Below are positions 18,179 through 24,154 of a stretch of DNA of 24,154 nucleotides, piece after piece. How positions within the stretch are numbered: position 1 is the stretch's first letter; each line of letters begins with the position of its first letter. A model generated the notes under the pieces. It had not been told where the DNA came from, made no database searches, and saw only the letters and a program-made list of their open reading frames with translations. The DNA is taken from NCBI GenBank assembly GCA_041742355.1, contig JBGSIV010000298.1, positions 1 to 24,154 on the forward strand. Reading direction: 5' to 3'. This DNA comes from Candidatus Zixiibacteriota bacterium (GTDB taxonomy: Bacteria > Zixibacteria > MSB-5A5 > GN15 > FEB-12). The translations under genes were made by a program, and so were the position numbers.

Positions 18179-19663
18179 GTGACCTCTTTCGTGAGCAACC
18201 TGATTCGGTGCCGCTGGCTGCTGGCCGCCGATTCGTCGCAGCTCGCCCGCCTGTACCTGCTGACGCTCGGCTTTTTCGCGCTCTCCGGCACTATCGCTGC
18301 CCTTGTCCTCCAGCTTGAACTCGGCAGCGCCTCCAGCCACTTGGTGAGTGCGCACCGTTTCGGCCAGCTCTTTACCCACCACGGCCTGGTCATGGCCTTT
18401 GTCGTCCTCCTCCCGCTTATCCCGGCCGTGTTCGGCAACCTCGCTCTTCCGGGGGCGGTCGGCGCCCGCGGTTTGGCCGGACTCGGATGGAACCGCGCCG
18501 CGTGGGTTCTGCACGCCGTCGGAGGAGTGGCGGTCATTGTCGCTGTCGAGTCCGGAGCGTACGACAGCGGCTGGACTCTCCTCATGCCGGCTGGGAGCTC
18601 ACAGCTCTACCCGGTTCTCCTTGGCGGTCTACTCCTGGTCGCTGTCGCCACGTTCATCATCAATTGGTCTGTCGTTGCGACGATCCTGAGCAGGAAACAT
18701 CGCTCCATTCCTCTATCCAACATACCCATCATCGCGTGGTTCTTCTTATTCGGAGCGTTGGTTGTGGTCCTGGTCAGCCCGATTCGCTGTTTCACCCTTG
18801 TCGTTCAAATTCTCCATCAGGTTGGCCTGGGCGACTTCCTCTCCCCCGACAATCCCGAAAGCATCACGCGCTACCAACGTCTCTTCTGGGCCTATGCGGG
18901 AACCGCAACGAGCGCTGCCGCTCTCCCGGCACTCGGCATCACGCTTCATATCGGGGCGACCCACGGCCGAGCAAACGTGTTCCTGCATCGGGTAGTCGTA
19001 TTCGCCGGACTTGCAGTGGGCCTGCTCAGCCTTGTTTCCTGGGGGCAGCATCTTCTCACTGCCGCCGACTCCCAGAAACTCGCCGTCACCGGCAGTTTCT
19101 TCGGCCTGCTCGCCTCGGTACCAACCGGCATTATTCTGCTGAGCCTTTTGGTCATGCTCTTTCAGGCTCGATCCCGTCGGGCTGTTCCCGTCCTGATCGC
19201 CTGGCTGCAAATCGGCCTCATCACCCTTGGCAGCCTGGCCGGCCTTGTGCTGGCCGCACCTGCCACCGGCGCCGTCCACCACAACAGTTACCTTGCTACC
19301 GGCCACCTGCACCTGCTGGTGGTCGGCGGCATAGTTCTTTCCTTCTTTTCCGGAATATTCCATTGGATTCAGCTGCCCGATGGCCGCGCGACGACTGTCG
19401 GCCGTTTGGCTATCGGCGCCCTTGCCCTCGGCGTGCTGCTGACGTATGTGCCCATGCTCGTCAACGGCCTCGGAGGCTCTCCGAAAGCCCTATTTGTCTA
19501 CCCGGATCGCTATGCATCGATGCACACGGTGTCCTCGATCGGCACCCTTATACTCACGCTCGCCCTGCTGACTTTGATTGGGCTCATTGGCCACGCCAGT
19601 GCTCAAAGTCGCACAGTCGAGACGTCCCGGCCGAAACCCGTTCCGGGTGAGACCTTCGCATGA
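18179..19663 (+). CDS. Degenerate heme-copper oxidase subunit I (CoxI/CtaD-like) homologue lacking CuB ligands
   Basis: Preferred start is GTG at 18179 after GGGAGG (the ORF track starts at 17987, inside nosY). Collinear CoxI motifs: FTHHGLVM, PAVFGN, GWT, YQRLFW, SWGQH, VPTG, HNSYLATGHLH, YPD. About 12 TM segments. Confidence 0.85.
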   Translation: MTSFVSNLIRCRWLLAADSSQLARLYLLTLGFFALSGTIAALVLQLELGSASSHLVSAHRFGQLFTHHGLVMAFVVLLPLIPAVFGNLALPGAVGARGLAGLGWNRAAWVLHAVGGVAVIVAVESGAYDSGWTLLMPAGSSQLYPVLLGGLLLVAVATFIINWSVVATILSRKHRSIPLSNIPIIAWFFLFGALVVVLVSPIRCFTLVVQILHQVGLGDFLSPDNPESITRYQRLFWAYAGTATSAAALPALGITLHIGATHGRANVFLHRVVVFAGLAVGLLSLVSWGQHLLTAADSQKLAVTGSFFGLLASVPTGIILLSLLVMLFQARSRRAVPVLIAWLQIGLITLGSLAGLVLAAPATGAVHHNSYLATGHLHLLVVGGIVLSFFSGIFHWIQLPDGRATTVGRLAIGALALGVLLTYVPMLVNGLGGSPKALFVYPDRYASMHTVSSIGTLILTLALLTLIGLIGHASAQSRTVETSRPKPVPGETFA

Positions 19664-19670
19664 TGTTCCC

Positions 19671-19700
19671 TTGATTCACCGATTTGGGATGCTTTATATT
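19671..19700 (+). promoter_or_regulatory. Possible internal promoter for the DUF438/DUF1858 genes
   Basis: TTGATT (19671-19676), 18-bp spacer, TATATT (19695-19700), in an AT-rich gap of about 100 bp. Confidence 0.35.
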
Positions 19701-19767
19701 ATCTGCACAAACAAACCTTCGCGATCCGCACTCCGCGCAGGTAATCGTAGCCGAAAGGATTTGACCA

Positions 19768-21009
19768 ATGAGTGAACTCATAGATAATACCCTCGCCCGC
19801 CGCGCCGTGCTCAAACACCTCATCCTGCAACTCCATTCGGGGCAGGCCGCCGAACACGTCAAACCGCAGTTGCTCCGCCTTCTCGGGCGCGTTCCCTACA
19901 ATGAGGTTGTCGCTGTCGAACAGGAACTCATCGCCGAGGGCATGCCGATCGAGGAAATCATGCGCTTGTGCGATCTCCATTCGGCCGCCATGCGAGGCGC
20001 GATCGATCACGGCGAAGAACGGGTGGCTCTTCCCGGTCACCCCGTACATACTTTCAAGAAAGAAAACGAAGCTCTCCTCGGCGAACTCGAACTGGTCGAC
20101 AAGCTCTTCACTGAAATCGCCGCTCTCCCTGATGATGCCGATGCCTCGGAGCCGCTCGGCTACCTTCGGGTTCGTTTCAGCCGCCTGGGTGATATCGAGA
20201 AACACTATTCCCGCAAGGAGAATCTCGTCTTCCCCTACCTGGAGCAGAAGGGCATCACCGGCCCGTCGACGGTCATGTGGGGCAAAGACAATGAGGTTCG
20301 CGATCTTGTCAAAGCGGCCGGCGAAACCCTCCTTGTTACCGAATCAATCGACGCTGCCGATGCCCGCGAACTGACCAATGTGGTCTTGCGTCCCGCTGTC
20401 GATGCCATTAAGGAGATGATCTTCAAAGAGGAGGAGATCCTTCTCCCGATGTGCCTCGACAAATTGTCCGATGATGAGTGGTATGCGATCGCCGTCCAGA
20501 GCCCGGAGATTGGGTTTTGCATCTATGATCCCGTCGACACGTGGACTCCGTCCGGTACTCCGGCCGAGTCCGCGCCGACCGCTGAGACCGGCCGCGTTAA
20601 CTTCGCTACCGGCAGCCTCTCGCCAACCGAACTGGAGTGCATCCTCAATACTATCCCCTTCGACCTGACTTTTGTCGGCGCCGATGATACCGTCCGCTAT
20701 TTCACCCAGGGGCGCGAGCGCATCTTCGACCGCAACCGCGCCATTATCGGCCGCCAGGTCCAGATGTGCCGTCCGCCGGCCAGTGTCCATATCGTCCAGC
20801 GTATACTCGATGATTTCAAGGGCGGCAAGGCCGATCGCGCCCCGTTTTGGATCAATCTCAAGGGAAAGTTCATACATATCGAGTACTTCGCTATTCGCGA
20901 CCGACAGGGTAAGTACCTCGGTACCCTCGAGGTCAGTCAGGACCTGACCGAAAAGCGGGCTCTCACCGGCGAACAACGCCTGCTTTCGTACACGAGGATC
21001 GATGTATGA
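19768..21009 (+). CDS. DUF438 + hemerythrin-like + PAS_10 domain protein
   Basis: EQELIAEGM..EEIMRLCDLHS (DUF438); GHPVHTF..EN, HYSRKENLVFPYLE, VMW, MIFKEEEIL (hemerythrin-like); PFDLTFV..DDTVRYF..IGRQVQMCRPP..YLGTLEVSQD (PAS). Confidence 0.88.
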   Translation: MSELIDNTLARRAVLKHLILQLHSGQAAEHVKPQLLRLLGRVPYNEVVAVEQELIAEGMPIEEIMRLCDLHSAAMRGAIDHGEERVALPGHPVHTFKKENEALLGELELVDKLFTEIAALPDDADASEPLGYLRVRFSRLGDIEKHYSRKENLVFPYLEQKGITGPSTVMWGKDNEVRDLVKAAGETLLVTESIDAADARELTNVVLRPAVDAIKEMIFKEEEILLPMCLDKLSDDEWYAIAVQSPEIGFCIYDPVDTWTPSGTPAESAPTAETGRVNFATGSLSPTELECILNTIPFDLTFVGADDTVRYFTQGRERIFDRNRAIIGRQVQMCRPPASVHIVQRILDDFKGGKADRAPFWINLKGKFIHIEYFAIRDRQGKYLGTLEVSQDLTEKRALTGEQRLLSYTRIDV

Positions 21010-21581
21010 TCGACAACCGCCCCCCAATCACGCCCCAGTCGAAGGTGGGCGATATTCTCAGCGCCTATCCGGAGCTTGAGGAGACTCTGATAGCGATCGC
21101 CCCCGCTTTCAAGAAGCTGCGTAATCCTCTGCTGCGGCGAACTGTGGCACGGGTCACCAGTCTCGCCCAAGCGGCGCGGGTTGGCAATGTCTCTGTCGCC
21201 GAGCTCGTTCAGCGCCTTCGTGCTGCGGTTGGTCAACCTGAGTTCGTCGGCGAAACGGAAGAGACAGGTTTAACGGTGTTGTCGGAAGTGCCGTCGCATA
21301 TTGATCTGGCGAAAGTGGTCGAGACCATTGATGCCCGTCCGATGATAGAGGCCGGCGAACAGCCGATGACGCTTGTGCTTAAGGCCATCAATAAGCTGGA
21401 GGGAGAAGCTCTCCTGTTGCTCATCACGCCCTTCGAACCGGCGCCGCTGCGCGATCGCGCAAGGGAGCGCGGGTTTCAGAGCGTCGCGGTGAGGCACAGT
21501 GCGGGAGTGGTGACTACGTACTTCTGGCGAGAGCGGCCTCTGTCAACTCTTTCAGAACCGCAGGATTCCAGTCTTCGGTGA
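21006..21581 (+). CDS. DUF1858 + DUF2249 (SirA/TusA-like) domain protein
   Basis: KVGDILSAYPEL..FKKLRNPLLRRTVAR.TSL.QAA (DUF1858) and IDARPMIEAGEQP..PFEPAPL..GF (DUF2249-like). ATGA overlap with the upstream gene. Confidence 0.8.
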   Translation: MIDNRPPITPQSKVGDILSAYPELEETLIAIAPAFKKLRNPLLRRTVARVTSLAQAARVGNVSVAELVQRLRAAVGQPEFVGETEETGLTVLSEVPSHIDLAKVVETIDARPMIEAGEQPMTLVLKAINKLEGEALLLLITPFEPAPLRDRARERGFQSVAVRHSAGVVTTYFWRERPLSTLSEPQDSSLR

Positions 21582-21586
21582 CGGTC

Positions 21587-22039
21587 TCAGCGCGCAATCG
21601 AGTCGTCGATAATCGCCTTCAATTCGCCGGTTTGATCAATTTGCCATTTGTCGATGGCGGGGTCGTCGTCGAGGCGCTCGGCGACTGCCGTGGCGACAAA
21701 GGCATCCGGTGTTCCGGTAATGGTATAGGCGTAGCGAGCCGAGATCATGATTTCTACGCCGAGGGTGTCAAACGCAAAGGGGGTATCCTTGCCAGCGACC
21801 GTCCCCGAACTGGGAATCCAGTACTGGTCATGCTCCTGGAAGTACGAGCGCTCCATAAGGTAGATCTGGTGGAGCAGTTCCTTGGCTTCGGTCTGCTTGG
21901 CTTTGGTGGTCGAACTCATGTAGCGGGGAATAGCGATTCCCGCAAGAATCCCGATGATGACCAGGACGATGAGCAATTCGAGCAGGGAAAACCCGCGGTT
22001 ACTGGTCAGCCGGTGGCGGCGCGTACTGGTAGTACTCAT
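21587..22039 (-). CDS. Type IV pilin / pseudopilin (major-pilin-like)
   Basis: Class III signal RG|FSLLELLIVLVIIGILAGIAIP with E5. GAGGA RBS upstream. Confidence 0.9.
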   Translation of the reverse strand: MSTTSTRRHRLTSNRGFSLLELLIVLVIIGILAGIAIPRYMSSTTKAKQTEAKELLHQIYLMERSYFQEHDQYWIPSSGTVAGKDTPFAFDTLGVEIMISARYAYTITGTPDAFVATAVAERLDDDPAIDKWQIDQTGELKAIIDDSIAR

Positions 22040-22532
22040 GGAAGTTCCTCACGAGAAGTGCACAGGTATCCGCGGCGCTGCGATCGCTTATTGCGAAGCG
22101 AACGAAGTACAAGCCGGGCCGGGTTACCTGTGCCGCACGTAATATGGTATCAGGTGACTCTTGTGGCAGCGGAAACGGAGTGATCGCCAGGTGCTCGAAG
22201 CTGTAGCCGGGTTGCAGGAGGATCTGGCGGTCCGACTGGAGCTGTCCGTCCGGCCACCGGTAGCACGCTCGTTCCTTTGCGGAATCGAAAAAGACGATGC
22301 TGTCGGGATAGCGCGCGATCGACGTGCAGGAGGCCATGTGCTCTGACAGCAGTTGGGCGGCGAAGGCGACTTCTTCTGCCCGGCTGTTTTGCCGGCGCCA
22401 CCGCTCGACATAGCGCTGGACAAACAGCGTGCCGGACACGACCATCACCAGGAGGATAGCCGTGATGGCCAGCGACACCAGCAACTCGACGAGCGTGACA
22501 CCACGGTTACTGTGCAGACGGGGTGAACTCAT
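21999..22532 (-). CDS. Minor pilin / pseudopilin
   Basis: RG|VTLVELLVSLAI prepilin cleavage motif. Overlaps neighbouring genes at both ends. Confidence 0.8.
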   Translation of the reverse strand: MSSPRLHSNRGVTLVELLVSLAITAILLVMVVSGTLFVQRYVERWRRQNSRAEEVAFAAQLLSEHMASCTSIARYPDSIVFFDSAKERACYRWPDGQLQSDRQILLQPGYSFEHLAITPFPLPQESPDTILRAAQVTRPGLYFVRFAISDRSAADTCALLVRNFHEYYQYAPPPADQ

Positions 22533-22875
22533 AGTACCACCTTAGGAGAACCCGGCGAGAGCCGTGGCGACTCACGGTCAGATCAACGACGGCACAGACG
22601 TCGGCCACTTGGACGCTCCGAATGATCCGGAACTGCCGGGTATTGCGGACCACGATTGTATCAAGCGTTGATGTCTCCTTGACGGCGATCGTCTGTTCCA
22701 TAACCATCTGACCAACGGCGCCTGCCTGCGTCAACTCGTCGACGTGGAGTTTTGCCAAGGTGCCGTTGAGTACGCCGATCACGATCGAGAAGCCGATCAT
22801 GAATACCAGTGCCCCCACGAGGATTTCCAAAATAGTGAAGCCGGCCTGGTTTTGCAGGCGCTTGTGCTTACCCAT
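22507..22875 (-). CDS. Minor pilin / pseudopilin (PilV/GspI-like size)
   Basis: Preferred ATG at 22875 after GGGAGG. AG|FTILEILVGALVF prepilin motif. Confidence 0.8.
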   Translation of the reverse strand: MGKHKRLQNQAGFTILEILVGALVFMIGFSIVIGVLNGTLAKLHVDELTQAGAVGQMVMEQTIAVKETSTLDTIVVRNTRQFRIIRSVQVADVCAVVDLTVSRHGSRRVLLRWYYEFTPSAQ

Positions 22876-24154
22876 CGCCACCCTCCCACAGGATGCGCGG
22901 AGCCCGTACATTGGTGGTATCCCCCAGCAGCATGGGCAAGGCTGGTTGGTAGCTGAGCCGGGAGCGGTCGATGCGGCAGTCGCACAGCCAGTTGACGTAG
23001 GTCGTGGGAGGTACCTCGTGGACGAACTGCTCGGTCAGCACGCTGCCGTAGACGGTTCCGCGCAGTTCGGTTATACCATTAGTCAAGACGCAGCCGTACA
23101 TGGCTGCGGCGGTATCGATGTAGACAACCGTGTGACGGTACGAAGCCGCGGTGTCCAGGCGCACCGCGCAGACGGTAGCTTCGGCCGGGCGAACGGAGCA
23201 GAGCGCTATTATCGACGTGTCCCTGTCTCCCCTTTCACTGCAAGCCACCAGGACGGCCGGAAAGTGGAGGGCTGCTGATCGTCGGGTGGCGACCAAGCGC
23301 GGAGAGAGGGCGGTGCCGGAGAAACTGCAACTGTCGGTGAAGATGATCGAATCTTCGGCGTAGAGCAGGATGCCCTCAAGGACGGCCTGTCCCGCGACTC
23401 GTATGTGTGTGCCGGCGATAATCCGGACCGGCGAACGCAGGTGCGTATCGCCGGTGATCTCGGCCGAACCACCCACGATAATCGTGCGGACCTGGCAGAG
23501 GGGCCAATCGGCCGCGCCATCGAGGATCAGGTTGTTTTCCACGTAAATCACGCCTGGTTCGAGCGGGAGCTGGTCCTCCTTCTGCATGAGCCTTGAACCG
23601 GACCAGACGATGTCGCGTTGCCGTCGATCCCGAGCCACTTCAGCCAGAAAGCGGCGGAGCATGGTTGTGTCGATGGCAGGCAGGATGATGGTACGCTCAG
23701 TGAAATTTTTGCCACACAGGAAGTTCGGGAAGACCGGACCGATGCCATTGAGTCGTCCCTCAAGGACACCCGCAGGGCCGGTGACGACATCTCCAATGAT
23801 AGTCGTCCGTCCAGTTACGGTCATCGGGAGCGTTTCATCGCCTATCGTGATGGCGGGAGCCACGGTCTCCGCATGCCACGAGCCAACCAGGGCGGTGCGG
23901 AGAGCTGTCTGGGACCCCAGCCGCCCTTCGGCGGTGATGAGCGCCAGTGCGCCCCAGGAGTGAGTAACGTATGCAACCGTGCCGCCGTTGGGCGTAGCGA
24001 ACGTGTCCACCGGGAGGGAGGTACTGGCGGATGTGCTTTTCAGGCCAGCCAGCGCCCGGTTGATCCCTGTCTGAGCCAACCACCCTGCTCCCTGGCGGCT
24101 CAGGTCCCGCTGGTGCGCGGCGTAACGGGAGAGCGCGAAGGTCAGCGCGGAAAG
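22868..24154 (-). CDS. PilX/GspK-like large minor pilin, 5'-truncated by window
   Basis: The frame stays open to 24154 (LSALTFALSRYAAHQ...WLAQTGINRA, similar to the PilX-N A-E/Q-x-G motif). ITAEGRLG motif and a C-terminal region of short beta-repeat-like segments. Adjacent to three prepilin genes. Confidence 0.6.
   Translation of the reverse strand, partial: LSALTFALSRYAAHQRDLSRQGAGWLAQTGINRALAGLKSTSASTSLPVDTFATPNGGTVAYVTHSWGALALITAEGRLGSQTALRTALVGSWHAETVAPAITIGDETLPMTVTGRTTIIGDVVTGPAGVLEGRLNGIGPVFPNFLCGKNFTERTIILPAIDTTMLRRFLAEVARDRRQRDIVWSGSRLMQKEDQLPLEPGVIYVENNLILDGAADWPLCQVRTIIVGGSAEITGDTHLRSPVRIIAGTHIRVAGQAVLEGILLYAEDSIIFTDSCSFSGTALSPRLVATRRSAALHFPAVLVACSERGDRDTSIIALCSVRPAEATVCAVRLDTAASYRHTVVYIDTAAAMYGCVLTNGITELRGTVYGSVLTEQFVHEVPPTTYVNWLCDCRIDRSRLSYQPALPMLLGDTTNVRAPRILWEGGDG

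Noticed and set aside
18487..19650. 387-aa alternative-frame ORF overlapping the CoxI-like gene (possible frameshift hiding the missing His motifs)
   Set aside because: It is Arg/Pro/Ser-rich off-frame translation with no HPxVY or WxHH motif. The main frame aligns gap-free across the altered sites, so a frameshift does not explain the losses.
18179..19663. Calling the CoxI-like gene a functional ctaD/norB, or a pseudogene
   Set aside because: It lacks two of three CuB/FeB His ligands, so it is not a standard oxidase or NOR. It has no stop codons or frameshifts and has a good RBS, so it is not a demonstrable pseudogene.
1..24154. CRISPR arrays, tRNA/rRNA genes, IS elements, integrases or phage genes
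   Set aside because: No regularly spaced repeats, structural RNA signatures or transposase/integrase motifs were seen by eye. Nearly all the sequence is explained by CDSs.

Overview
GC-rich bacterial DNA with three gene blocks. (1) 1-10947: a beta-1,3-glucan (laminarin-type) utilisation locus. It has a ROK regulator (5'-truncated), a GH16 lipoprotein and a GPH-family MFS transporter. Converging on these are a GH17, a ~1056-aa GH-A/GH2-like TIM barrel with a long beta-rich C-terminal domain, and a GH3. A divergent gene encodes a dockerin-like/GH16-like fusion. A perfect 10-7-10 palindrome overlaps the -10 box of the promoter of the large GH gene. (2) 11158-21581: an Rrf2-headed clade II (Sec-type) nitrous oxide reductase cluster: cytochrome c, nosZ, nosB-like, nosL, nosD, nosF, nosY. 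It is followed by an intact but catalytically gutted heme-copper oxidase subunit I homologue, a DUF438/hemerythrin-like/PAS protein and a DUF1858/DUF2249-like protein. (3) 21587-24154: a minus-strand cluster of type IV pilin/pseudopilin genes, truncated at the window edge. The Cys-flanked dockerin-like domain suggests an FCB-group organism such as Zixibacteria (inference). The standout is the subunit I homologue. It keeps all three heme-ligand histidines but has lost two of the three CuB histidines, the cross-linked Tyr and the proton-channel residues, and no subunit II gene accompanies it. It is a candidate novel membrane heme partner for NosZ. All family assignments come from motif recognition by eye; no database searches were run.
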